Assembly: GCA_963813535.1 (NCBI GenBank)
Contig: CAWEZH010000002.1
Coordinates: 1,280,001 to 1,344,000, forward strand
DNA: 64,000 nucleotides
From: an uncultured Chloroflexia bacterium
GTDB lineage: Bacteria; Chloroflexota; Limnocylindria; Limnocylindrales; CSP1-4
Reading direction: 5' to 3'
The notes under the pieces were generated by a model that did no database searches, was not told where the DNA came from, and saw only the letters and a program-made list of their open reading frames with translations. A program made the position numbers and the translations under genes. This document shows, piece after piece, positions 1 through 9,518 of the stretch (the stretch's first letter is position 1; each line of letters begins with the position of its first letter).

Positions 1-635
1 GAGGCATGCGCTGCGCGGCCGGGCACCGTGAGCCGGAATGTGATCGCACCCGCGTGGGCGATCACGACATCGAGCTGCGATGGCTCGGTGATCACGGCGA
101 GGTCACCGACGGCGCCGGCACGGATCGCGGCGAGCGTGCCCTGTCCGCCGTCCTCCTCGGATGGCACGAGCACCACCACCAGCTCACCCGCGAGGTCGGT
201 CAGGCCGCCGGCTTCGGAGGCCAGGGAACGGACCGCAGCCAGGATCGCCGCGACACCGCCCTTCATGTCGCACGCCCCGCGGCCGTACAGCCGTCCGTCG
301 CGGATCTCGGCGGCCCACGGATCGACCGTCCACGTCGATGGATCGCCAGGTGGCACCACGTCGAGATGACCGGACAGGATCAGTCGTCGGCCACCCTGCT
401 TCCCGCCGCGCCCAACGATGACCGGCAGCGTGGACCGTGTCATCTCCTCGCCCGGCCAGGCCGGATCCTGACGCGACGTGTCCAGGTCGGGCCGGATGAC
501 TTCGACCCTGAGACCGAGCTCCTGGAGCGCGCCAGCGGCCCAGTCGGCGACGACTTCCTCGGACCCGGTGATGCTCCTGATCCGGACGAGTGTGGTCAGG
601 TCGTCGAGGAGCCGATCCGGATCGATCTCAGCCAC
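1..635 (-). CDS. M20 family peptidase/deacylase (ArgE/DapE-like), 3' end outside window
   Basis: Manual translation gives LYGRGACDMKGG, VPSEEDGG, VITEPS and GRAAHAS motifs; GTG start at 635 overlaps the upstream gene's stop. Confidence 0.85.
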   Translation of the reverse strand, partial: MAEIDPDRLLDDLTTLVRIRSITGSEEVVADWAAGALQELGLRVEVIRPDLDTSRQDPAWPGEEMTRSTLPVIVGRGGKQGGRRLILSGHLDVVPPGDPSTWTVDPWAAEIRDGRLYGRGACDMKGGVAAILAAVRSLASEAGGLTDLAGELVVVLVPSEEDGGQGTLAAIRAGAVGDLAVITEPSQLDVVIAHAGAITFRLTVPGRAAHA

Positions 636-1491
636 GAAGGATCGGGCGGGTCATGCAGGTCGGTCCGCCGGAACCGTTGATGCCGATCTCGATCGCCGGA
701 TACGTGTGGACTTCGCACCCAGCGGCCGCCAGCGCCGCAGACGTGACCGGGTTGCCCTCGGCGAGGATGACCACGCCTGGACGGACAGCGAGCACATTGC
801 AGCCGAGCGTCGTGAACTCCTCATCCGGGACCTCGATCAGTCGGACACCCAGGTCCTGCAGCAGTTCCCATAGGCCGACCGGCAGCAGCGGCAGGTAGAC
901 CACCGCGAGGTCGTCGGCGACCGGCGAGATCACGCTCAACAGGTGGATCAGCTCACCCGCTCCCTTCCAGTAGGGCACATCGAAGGTCCGGATGTCACCG
1001 CCGACCAGCTCCGCCAGCTGCGCCAGGCCTGACGAATTCGAGCGCAACGTGCGCCCGACACAGAAGAGGTCCGGCCGCAGCCAGAAGGTGTCGCCGCCCT
1101 CGACGGTGCCGGATGGCTCGATGCGGCCCAGGGTCGGGATGCCCGCAGCGGACATCCAGCGCTCGAGGACGGCCGGCTCGCCCGCCCGATTCGGCTTGCC
1201 CGGCCGCAACGGGATCGCGCCGCGATCCGTGACCAGCAACGGGTCGAAGGTGTAGACGAGGTCGGGGTCGTCCAACTCCTCATCGAGCACGTGGACGGTC
1301 GGCCCGAGCTTCGCCAGCACCTCCACGAAGGCTTCGTGCTCCCGACGCGCCACCTCGAGGTCGACCGCGTGCAGGAAGCCGTGGGCCGGATCGTCGAACG
1401 CGCGCCCGAATGCCTGGCCCGGTCGCTTGACGAGCACGTCCCGGAGCGGTGCGGTCATGCTCTGGGCGCCGTAGCCCTGGGCGGTGATCAT
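628..1491 (-). CDS. Amidinotransferase / dimethylarginine dimethylaminohydrolase family protein
   Basis: DLVYTFDP, VEGGD, LIHL and C-terminal GGPTCMTRP (catalytic Cys); ATG at 1491 lies 6 nt below TATCCT. Confidence 0.85.
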   Translation of the reverse strand: MITAQGYGAQSMTAPLRDVLVKRPGQAFGRAFDDPAHGFLHAVDLEVARREHEAFVEVLAKLGPTVHVLDEELDDPDLVYTFDPLLVTDRGAIPLRPGKPNRAGEPAVLERWMSAAGIPTLGRIEPSGTVEGGDTFWLRPDLFCVGRTLRSNSSGLAQLAELVGGDIRTFDVPYWKGAGELIHLLSVISPVADDLAVVYLPLLPVGLWELLQDLGVRLIEVPDEEFTTLGCNVLAVRPGVVILAEGNPVTSAALAAAGCEVHTYPAIEIGINGSGGPTCMTRPILRG

Positions 1492-1540
1492 CGGCGAAGG
1501 ATAGCCGCGGGCCCGGCGGCCGGAGTACGCTGCCGGGACC

Positions 1541-1795
1541 ATGGCCGCCTATGCCGTGATGGCTCGCATCGACCGCGTCGATCCGCACCTCGCGCTGCGC
1601 GACGTCAAGCGGGTTGCCGATCGCGACGAGCCGCCCGCCGGGCTGTCGACCGGTGAGGCGAGCGACGACGTCGCTGCCATCGAGATCGACCGCGCGTCGG
1701 AGCCCGGCCCCATCGCCGAACGGCTCACCCGACTCCACGAGCTGTGGCGACAGACGACCTTCTACCTGTTCGATGCGGAGAGCTGGCGGACCTGA
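1541..1795 (+). CDS. Small hypothetical protein
   Basis: Fills the intergenic gap with protein-like composition ending WRQTTFYLFDAESWRT; start at 1541 or 1559. Confidence 0.6.
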   Translation: MAAYAVMARIDRVDPHLALRDVKRVADRDEPPAGLSTGEASDDVAAIEIDRASEPGPIAERLTRLHELWRQTTFYLFDAESWRT

Positions 1796-1820
1796 TCCCG
1801 GACCAGCGCGGCGGGCCGGG

Positions 1821-4309
1821 TCAGCCCCAGCGTTCCTGCCGATCGACCGACTCGAGCCAGTCATGCGCGGCTGCCTCGGCCGCATCGTGTGACATGGGGT
1901 CGGCCATGGCGCGGTGGAGGGCAGTCCACGTCGCCTCCTTCGAACGCATGCCGGCGAGCTCCGCGTGGTCGGGCGACGGGACGGTCCCACCCGGATCGGT
2001 CGGCGCGTCGCCCGCGCTGGTCGCCGACCGACCGGACGTGCGCCGCCTCGGGAGGTTCATCACCAACGCGAACAGGACCACCACCAGGGTCATGATCGGG
2101 ACGGGCGTCTCGAAGACGTCCTGACCGAGCCGCATCGCCGCCGCAGCCGGGCCGTTCTGGACGCGGAAGGGTATGACCATGGCCCCGCTGCCGGTCCCGG
2201 ACGCGATCGTCGCATCGGTACGCAGGAAGAGCCTGTGGGGGCCGTCCGACAGCGTGGTCGTGTCGATCGTGATGGGGCCCTTGTACTGCGCGTTCTGCTC
2301 GAAGATCACGCGCCCGCGGTCGACCGGCTCGGCGTGGAACTTGGGATCGACCGAGACGAGCACGTGGGTGACGGGCGATCCGCCGGACCCCTTGGCGAGA
2401 CTCACGCCGAAGGTCCACAAACCCGAAACCGGTCCGCTCGGCAGGTTCGAGGTGAGCCGCGCATTCTCGTAGTCCGTGCCCGTGTACCAGCCGCGCGCCT
2501 CGATGTGTGGCGGCGTTCGGTAGTTGCGGACGGGTCGGCCGCCGCCGTTGGCCAGGGTCGCCGACCACCCGGTGGACGTATAGCCGATGGTGCCGTCAGG
2601 GGACGTCACCTTTGCGTGGAAACGGAACTCCAGGTAGCCGTCCACCGGGACCCTGGTCGTGTCGTAGTCGAGGTGGTACCAGAGATCGCATTGGGCGGTC
2701 GGGCACCGGTAATTCGGCAGGGCCGCGACCTGGTTGACGTCGAGGCTGTCGCCGAACACCGAGACATCGACCTCGTTCAGGGTGCCCGGATTCATGTGGA
2801 GCTGGACATGCATGTCGAGCGGGACGATCCCCCTGATCGGTTGGTCCAGCGGGAAGCACGTCGACAGGTGGACGTGCTGGCTCATCCCCTCCACGGGCAC
2901 GCCTGGCACCGCCCACCAGTCCTGGGTTTCGAGCATCACTCGCGGCTCGGCGTAGCCCGTGCAGTTCACGGGGTCGGGCCCGGACGGCGGTGTCGGCGTC
3001 GGCGTGGCGGTCGGGGTCGGCGTCGGTTCAGGCGTGGGCGTCGGCGTCGGGACCGGTGTCGGTGTGGGCGTCGGAGTCGAGGTCGGGGTCGGCTCCGGTG
3101 TCGCCGTCGGGGTCGGTTCGGCGGTCGCCGTCGGCGTCGGGGTCGGGGTCGCAAGGGCGGCGTCGAGGACCTCGATCCTCGTGGTGATCGCGACCTGGGG
3201 CCTCACGCCATCGCCGACGGTCAACGTGACGTCGTAGAAGCCCGGTGTCGCGTACGTGTGCAGCGGGTTCGCCGATGTGCCGTGCGGGGACGAATCGCCG
3301 TAGTCCCAGTCCCAGATCGTCGGTGCGCCTGATGACGTGTCCGTGAACTGCATGTCGAGCGACGACGGCACCTGACCGAAACCGAAGCTCGCGGCCAGCG
3401 GTGGCGGGGTCGGTGTCGCGGTGGGCGTCGGTGTCGGTGTCGGGGTCGGCGTCGGGGTCGGCGTCGGTGTCGGTGTCGGGGTCGGCGTCGGGGTTGGTGT
3501 TGCGGTCGGTGTGGGCGTCGGTGTGGCTGTTGGTGTCGGCGTGGGTGTCGGGGTCGGTGTCGGGGTGGGTGTCGGCGGTGGGCGTCGGTCGGTGTGGGCG
3601 TCGGTGTCGGCGTTGCGGTCGGTGTGGGCGTCGGTGTCGGCGTTGGTGTCGGGGTCGGTGTCGGGGTTGGTGTCGGAGTCGGAGCCGCGGTCGGTGTCGG
3701 CGTCGGGGTCGGAGTAGCCGTCGCTGTGGTCAGCACGAGCTGTGGCGGGTTCGCCCCCTCGCGGCTCGAGAAGATCACGCTGTTCGTGTTCGTCGTCGTG
3801 ATCCCGATCGAGTACGTACCGTTGCCGGGGAATGACGCGGGAGGTAGGACCAGCTCGGCCCAGGTGTTGGCAGTGACGGCCCCGATCGTGCCCAGCGCAG
3901 CACCCATCGCCGGCTTGTTGTTCCAGGTCACCGTGGTCTCCGCCCAGGTGGCCGTGACCGCGAAGAACCGGCCACCCACCGGACTCGCGTCGGTGACGAA
4001 GAGGCGCAAGCGCGCAGCCGTCATCGTTCCGGTCATGCCGGAGACGGCGAAACGCATGTAGACCCGATACTCGGGTGTGGGAGCACGGACCTGAAGGGTC
4101 GGCTGGGTGCCCTTGTTGCTCGTCGGCCCCGATGTCGTCACGAGGGCATCGGCGTTGCTGAGGAACGTCGACGTGGCGGCGTATGTGACCCGGGCGCCAC
4201 CGAACCCCACGCTCCATCCGATCAGGATCGTGACGATGACAGCCGTCACGGCATTCCTGTTCGGTCGGACCGGCTGGGGACGCGCTGCTCGGGGCTCGTG
4301 CTGGGGCAT
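1821..4309 (-). CDS. Secreted/membrane-anchored protein (signal, DNRLRE/CBM96-like domain, PT linker, PKD domain, PT linker, unknown domain, TM), frameshifted near 3575-3595
   Basis: ORF 3221..4309 gives the signal peptide and [19 protein letters not shown]; ORF 1821..4343 gives the PKD motif FTDTSSG..WDWDYGD..HTY and the C-terminal TM; the frames swap inside the PT repeat. Confidence 0.75.
2986..3150 (-). repeat. Pro-Thr codon tandem repeat (linker 2)
   Basis: Degenerate 6-bp repeats encoding (PT)n with PE/TA variants. Confidence 0.85.
3404..3725 (-). repeat. Pro-Thr codon tandem repeat (linker 1) containing the frameshift
   Basis: About 320 bp of GGNGTC/GGNGTG-type hexamer repeats. Confidence 0.9.
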
Positions 4310-4395
4310 GAGCCAAGATCCCCCTGTTTCCAGCCGTCAACACCGTAACACGCCCATATCGCCGACACGTGGCGATATCGCAAACGCATAACAGG

Positions 4396-5523
4396 CTATG
4401 TAGGCGGCTCCCCGAATCGGGCCGGATCGAGCGCGGCCGGGATCGGTGATCCGATACCCGCCACGAGGTCGGCGATCAGGCGTCCCGAAGCAGGTCCGGT
4501 CGAGATGCCCCACGGTCCGTGGCCGGCCGCGACCCACAGCCCATGCGTCCCAGGGACTCGCCCGATCAGCGGCCGCCCGTCAAGGCTGAGTGGTCGGGCG
4601 CATAGGCGGGGCAGATCGCGCGGGGCGTCGCCGATGGCCGGGACGAACGACGCTCCACGCCGCACGATGGACGACACCAGCGCCAACGGGTCCGGCTCCT
4701 CGACCAGGAAGGTCGAGCCCAATGAGCTGGAACCCGCCGCGGTGACGAGGCTGAACGCGTGGGCGGCGTCATCGTCTTCCTCGATGTCGGGCTCGATCGA
4801 GATCTCCGCTTCCTCGAGCACATGCCGCGGTGGTTCGGCCAGCCGTACCGGCACCACCACGCCCCAGCGACGAACGATCGGCTGCCAGGCGCCACTCGGA
4901 TCGACGATCCCCGGCGTCCATGGGCCCGCGGCCACCACCACGTCACTCGCGGCGAGGCGCTCTCCATCGGCGATGCCGACGCCGAGCACCCGCTCGCCGT
5001 CGCGCCAGATCCGCGCGTCACCGAACCGGATCTCGACACCGCGGTGCTCGGCCAGCAGGCGGTACGCGTGCGTCGCGGCCGCCGGCGCCACGGGGTACCC
5101 GATCGATAGACGGCACGCGGCCACCCCATCCGCGAGTGACGGCTCGAGCCGTCGGACCTCGGATGGTGCGAGAAAGGACGGCTCGAGTTGGGGATACATC
5201 GATGCCAGCTCGGCCGCCACGCGTCGCACACCGTCGACGTCGCGGGTGACGCTCAGCAAGCCCGCGGGCTCTGGGGCGATGTCGAGCCCGTCCAGCTCGC
5301 GATACATCGCGAGCGTCTCGACATACAACTCGATCAGGACGCTGTCGAAGGGGTGCTGGACGACACCCGAGTTCCGACCCGATGCACCCGCCGCGATGGC
5401 GGTCTTCTCGACGAGCACGACCCGCCGACCGCCTTCCGCAAGATGCGCCGCGGCCGAGACACCGACGATACCGCCGCCGATGACGACGACATCGACCGTC
5501 GGGCGGGTGCGCTGCGCAGGCAT
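4396..5523 (-). CDS. FAD-dependent oxidoreductase (DAO/glycine oxidase family)
   Basis: [35 protein letters not shown]. Confidence 0.9.
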   Translation of the reverse strand: MPAQRTRPTVDVVVIGGGIVGVSAAAHLAEGGRRVVLVEKTAIAAGASGRNSGVVQHPFDSVLIELYVETLAMYRELDGLDIAPEPAGLLSVTRDVDGVRRVAAELASMYPQLEPSFLAPSEVRRLEPSLADGVAACRLSIGYPVAPAAATHAYRLLAEHRGVEIRFGDARIWRDGERVLGVGIADGERLAASDVVVAAGPWTPGIVDPSGAWQPIVRRWGVVVPVRLAEPPRHVLEEAEISIEPDIEEDDDAAHAFSLVTAAGSSSLGSTFLVEEPDPLALVSSIVRRGASFVPAIGDAPRDLPRLCARPLSLDGRPLIGRVPGTHGLWVAAGHGPWGISTGPASGRLIADLVAGIGSPIPAALDPARFGEPPT

Positions 5524-5634
5524 CGGCCGATGATGGCATGGACCAACCCCCGTGGATCCGGCGGTCCGATGCGGAGCCGCCGAGCGGTGGTTGCGTTGTC
5601 AACGACTACGGGAACGTGTACCATCCCGGACGGC

Positions 5635-6132
5635 ATGACCCTCACCGACCACGCTGACGCGCGGCCCCTCTCGTCGCGCGACCCGAGACTGGAGCCCTGG
5701 CGCGCCTTCCTTACCGCCCATGCCCGCGTCACGCGTCGGCTGGACGAGGAGCTGCGTGCCGAGCACGACCTCTCGCTGGCTGAGTACGACGCGCTCCTGA
5801 CGATCGCCGATGCACCAGAACGCCGGATCCGGATGCGACAACTCGCCGATCGCGTGATCCTCAGCAAGAGCGGTGTCACGCGGTTGATCGACCGTCTCGT
5901 GCTCGATGGCCTGGTGGAGCGCAAGGCCTGCGCAAGTGACGCTCGTGGTGCCGAGGCGGTCTTGACGTCGGCGGGTCTCGAGCGCCTCCGCCGAGCGTCG
6001 CGGACCCATCTGCGAGGGATCGCCCAGCACTTCCTCGCCGCCGTCGAAGACGCCGACATCCCGACCATCCAGCGGTCGATGCTGGCGGTCGCCGACCATG
6101 CCGGTCCGGGCAGCGGCGACGCCTCCGACTGA
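5635..6132 (+). CDS. MarR family transcriptional regulator
   Basis: LSLAEYDALL..RMRQLADRVILSKSGVTRLIDRL..DARG wHTH. Confidence 0.9.
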   Translation: MTLTDHADARPLSSRDPRLEPWRAFLTAHARVTRRLDEELRAEHDLSLAEYDALLTIADAPERRIRMRQLADRVILSKSGVTRLIDRLVLDGLVERKACASDARGAEAVLTSAGLERLRRASRTHLRGIAQHFLAAVEDADIPTIQRSMLAVADHAGPGSGDASD

Positions 6133-6862
6133 CGACGCCGGCTCGTCCGGTCGGGGCCGGCTGTACGTTGGCACGAGCGGGTTCGCCTATCCAGGCTGGA
6201 GCCCGCGCTTCTACCCGCGTGGACTGAAGGGCGACGGCTTCCTCCGCCACTACGCGTCCCTGTTGCCGGCGGTCGAGCTCAACAACACGTTCTACCAATC
6301 GCCATCGCCGTCGAAGGTCGCGACCTGGCTCGACGCGACCCCGCCCGACTTCCGCTTCAGCGTCAAGGCCCAGCGCGGCGGGTCGTGGAGGGCCATGGGC
6401 GGGTCACCCGATCAGGGGCTGCCCTGGCTCACGGACCCGATCCGGAAGTTCGGCGACAAGCTCGGGACCATCCTGTTCCGCGTCCCGGACACGGCGAAGC
6501 GCGATGACGACCGACTCGGGGCGCTGCTGGAGGCGTGGCCCAGGGAGCTGCCCTTGACCATCGAGTTCAGGGATCCCACCTGGGCCGTCGACGAGGTCAC
6601 GACGCTGTTGCGAGATGCGGGGGCCGTGCTCTGCACGACGGAGGCCGCCGAGGACGAGGGACCGCCGACACTTCGGCGCACCGGCTCATTCCTCTATCTC
6701 CGTCTCCGCCGACACGACTACGCACCGGTCGAGGTCGCCGCGTGGCACGACCGGCTCGAGCCGTTCCTCGCCGCAGGCGACGACGCGTTCGTCTTCTTTC
6801 GCCACGATGAGACGGGTCGTGGCGCCGAGCTGGCTCTCGAGCTCGGCGCGACCTTCGATTAG
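6098..6862 (+). CDS. DUF72 family protein
   Basis: YVGTSGFAYPGW, VELNNTFY, FRFSVKA, YLRLR. Confidence 0.9.
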   Translation: MPVRAAATPPTDDAGSSGRGRLYVGTSGFAYPGWSPRFYPRGLKGDGFLRHYASLLPAVELNNTFYQSPSPSKVATWLDATPPDFRFSVKAQRGGSWRAMGGSPDQGLPWLTDPIRKFGDKLGTILFRVPDTAKRDDDRLGALLEAWPRELPLTIEFRDPTWAVDEVTTLLRDAGAVLCTTEAAEDEGPPTLRRTGSFLYLRLRRHDYAPVEVAAWHDRLEPFLAAGDDAFVFFRHDETGRGAELALELGATFD

Positions 6863-7191
6863 CCCGTGCCGCGCGAGTACTCCGCCGGCCCGAACATCAC
6901 GAGCAGGACCAGGCGCTCCTCGATGTCGAGGAAGCGATGCTCGACGGCCGCACCGACGAAGACGACGGATCCGCTTCGGATGGGCCGCACCTCGCCACCG
7001 ACCATGACCTTTGCGCGGCCGGACATCACCACGTACAGCTCGTCCTCGGTGTGGGGCGACTGCGGATCGGTCGCACCGGCATCGAGGACATACAGGCCAC
7101 CCGACAGGTCGGGGACGGAGACGAACTCGTGATAGAGGCGACCGCTCGCCGTCCGAGCCGACTCGAGCTCGTCGAGCTCCCATGCATCCAT
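6859..7191 (-). CDS. Cupin domain protein
   Basis: QSPHTEDELYVVMSG..VFVGAAVEHRF. Confidence 0.85.
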   Translation of the reverse strand: MDAWELDELESARTASGRLYHEFVSVPDLSGGLYVLDAGATDPQSPHTEDELYVVMSGRAKVMVGGEVRPIRSGSVVFVGAAVEHRFLDIEERLVLLVMFGPAEYSRGTG

Positions 7192-7278
7192 CACCCGAGC
7201 CTACTGCCCAAGCCGGCACCGCGGGGCGGCGAGGTCCGCCTGACGACCCATCCGGACGATCCCCGCTAGCATCCGCCG

Positions 7279-8541
7279 ATGCGAACGGCGCTCGCCACCT
7301 CGTTGCTCGCGATCGTCGTCGTGGGCGCCTGTGCGAACCCCGTGCCGTCCCCCGCCACTCCCGGCGCCTCCGCGCCGGCCAGCTCCTCCGAGGCGGCAGC
7401 CCCGAGCAGCGCGGCGCCGTCCCCGACTACGGTGCCTTCGGGCGGACCGGCCGTCGGCGAGCCGCCCCGACTCTCGATCGAACCGGTCATCGACTCGCTG
7501 ACAACACCGGTCGACATCGCCTGGCGACCTGATGACCCGGACACGCTGTTCATCGTCGAACAGGTCGGCCGCATCCGCATCTTCCGCGACGGCCGACTCA
7601 TCGAGCGGCCGTTCCTCGACATCGGCGGGCTGGTCCGCGCCGGCGGGGAGCAGGGGCTGCTCGGCCTGGCATTCCTTCCGAGCGGCGAGGCAGGTCGCTT
7701 CTTCGTCTACTACACCGACGCCGAAAACCAACAGGTCGTCGCTTCGTACGACACCGATCCGGATGATCCGGACGTGGCCGCGCCGAGCACGGCCACGATC
7801 TGGCTTCGCATGGCGGATCGCTTCGGCAACCACAACGGTGGTTCGCTGGCGTTCGGGCCGGATGGCTACCTCTATATCGGGACGGGCGATGGTGGCGGTG
7901 CGGGCGACCCGCTCGACTCCGGTCGGCACCTCGATACGCTGCTCGCCAAGGTCCTCCGGATCGACGTGGCCGGTGCTCCCTCAGACGGCGATCCGCGCTA
8001 TGGCATCCCGCCGGACAATCCGTTCGCCACGACCGCCGGTGCGCGCCCCGAGATCTGGTTGACCGGCCTGCGCAACCCGTGGCGGATCCGGTTCGATCGC
8101 GCGAACGGCGACCTGTGGATCGGCGACGTCGGGCAAGGCGATCGCGAGGAGATCGACGTCGCGCGGACCGGGGTCGGTGGCCTCGACTACGGATGGAACC
8201 TCATGGAAGGCACCGCCTGCTTCCGCTCGGCCGACTGCGATACGACGGGCCTTACCCTGCCGGTCACGGAGTACGACCACGACCTGGGTTGCTCCGTCAC
8301 CGGCGGGACCGTGTACCGCGGCGCGGGCGATCCCACGCTCCGAGGCTGGTACATCTTCTCGGACTACTGCTCGGGCGAGTTCTGGGCCATCGATGCCGCG
8401 CGTGACACGACCGAGCAGCCGGCGATCGTCGCCGAGACCGATCTGTCGATCAGTGCGATCGCCGAGGATGCCGCGGGGGGGCTCTACGCAACCGACCTGT
8501 CGACCGGCCAGCTGCTCAGGATCACTGCCCGCGGCGGTTGA
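7279..8541 (+). CDS. PQQ-dependent sugar dehydrogenase (GSDH) family lipoprotein
   Basis: Lipobox VGAC; GEQGLLGLAF, NHNGGSLAFGPDGYLY, GLRNPWR. Confidence 0.9.
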   Translation: MRTALATSLLAIVVVGACANPVPSPATPGASAPASSSEAAAPSSAAPSPTTVPSGGPAVGEPPRLSIEPVIDSLTTPVDIAWRPDDPDTLFIVEQVGRIRIFRDGRLIERPFLDIGGLVRAGGEQGLLGLAFLPSGEAGRFFVYYTDAENQQVVASYDTDPDDPDVAAPSTATIWLRMADRFGNHNGGSLAFGPDGYLYIGTGDGGGAGDPLDSGRHLDTLLAKVLRIDVAGAPSDGDPRYGIPPDNPFATTAGARPEIWLTGLRNPWRIRFDRANGDLWIGDVGQGDREEIDVARTGVGGLDYGWNLMEGTACFRSADCDTTGLTLPVTEYDHDLGCSVTGGTVYRGAGDPTLRGWYIFSDYCSGEFWAIDAARDTTEQPAIVAETDLSISAIAEDAAGGLYATDLSTGQLLRITARGG

Positions 8542-8547
8542 TCCGCG

Positions 8548-9195
8548 CTAACTGGCGCGGTAGGTCACGGTCACCGTGACGGCGACTTCGAGCATGCCGG
8601 CCTCGACCGGGGTGGCCACGTCGGCGGCCATGGCCATCCGCTCGGCTTTCGGAAAGGGTCCGGGCGGGCGGGGTGGTCCACCTTCCAGGATGTCGGTCAC
8701 GCCCTGGATCGTCAGGCCCGCAGCCTCGGCGAGGACGTCGGCACGGGCGCGCGCCTCGCCCATCGCCGCGACCCTGGCTTCCCGCTCCGGGAGCGCCGGG
8801 TCCGAGACTCGGAACGTGAGGCCGTCCATGCTCGTCGCCCCGGCCGCCAGTGCGGCGTCGACCACGGCCCCGAGCGTCGCAAGATCACGAACCGTGACCT
8901 CGACGACGTTCGCGACCTCGTAGCCGGTCAGCGTCGGGGCACGACCGTCGCGGTAGTCGTAGCGCGGTTGCACGGAGAGGAGCGAGGTCCGTACATCGGG
9001 GTGGGCGACACCGGCGCCTTCGACCGCGGAGAGGATGGCGTCCATCTGCACGCCGGCCTGGGCACGGGCTGCTTCGACCGAGGGCTTGGCGACGGTGACG
9101 CCCAAGCGCAGGTCGGCGACGTCGGGCTGCACCGCGATGCGACCTGTGCCGCTTACGACGATCGTGCCGGCGGCCGACGTCTTCGTCTCGGGCAT
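8548..9195 (-). CDS. SIMPL (DUF541) domain protein
   Basis: IVVSGTG..PDVADLRLGV..ARARADVLAEAAG; AAGGAGG upstream. Confidence 0.85.
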   Translation of the reverse strand: MPETKTSAAGTIVVSGTGRIAVQPDVADLRLGVTVAKPSVEAARAQAGVQMDAILSAVEGAGVAHPDVRTSLLSVQPRYDYRDGRAPTLTGYEVANVVEVTVRDLATLGAVVDAALAAGATSMDGLTFRVSDPALPEREARVAAMGEARARADVLAEAAGLTIQGVTDILEGGPPRPPGPFPKAERMAMAADVATPVEAGMLEVAVTVTVTYRAS

Positions 9196-9357
9196 GGATA
9201 CAGGCCTCCTTGCGGGACGGGCCCACGATGGTAGCGGTAGACCGAGATCGATGGTCCTGAGGTGGTGCGTGGACGCGCCACGAGCGAGCGCGTGCCATGC
9301 GCCACCGGAGCCCCGGTCGGACCCGCCTGCCTTTCCCGTCTCGGGCCCGCGCGTCAT

Positions 9358-9409
9358 TGTCACGGCGTTGCAATCCCGCCTCGAGGGGACGCCACGGCGT
9401 CGCAATCCC
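9358..9409 (+). promoter_or_regulatory. Two tandem copies of the direct-repeat operator upstream of the GAF-PAS kinase
   Basis: TGTCA-CGGCGT-TGCAA at 9358 and CGCCA-CGGCGT-CGCAA at 9390; CACGGCGTYGCAATCCC repeats 32 bp apart. Confidence 0.6.
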
Positions 9410-9518
9410 ATCGGTAGTGCACTCGCGGTTCCGGACATGAAGCCAGGGCAGGCTGCGTGCTGGTCTCCGCGCGATACCCCGCGCACCCGTCATCCGCCCC
9501 TGATCCAGACGAGGTGCC

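Noticed and set aside
2986-3725. Tandem repeats as a CRISPR array or non-coding satellite (also 35430-35645)
   Set aside because: They are degenerate 6-bp codon repeats encoding Pro-Thr linkers, with no spacers and no cas genes
5588-5605. GTTG-N6-CAAC upstream of marR as an autoregulatory operator
   Set aside because: Plausible, but short and single-copy, so support is insufficient
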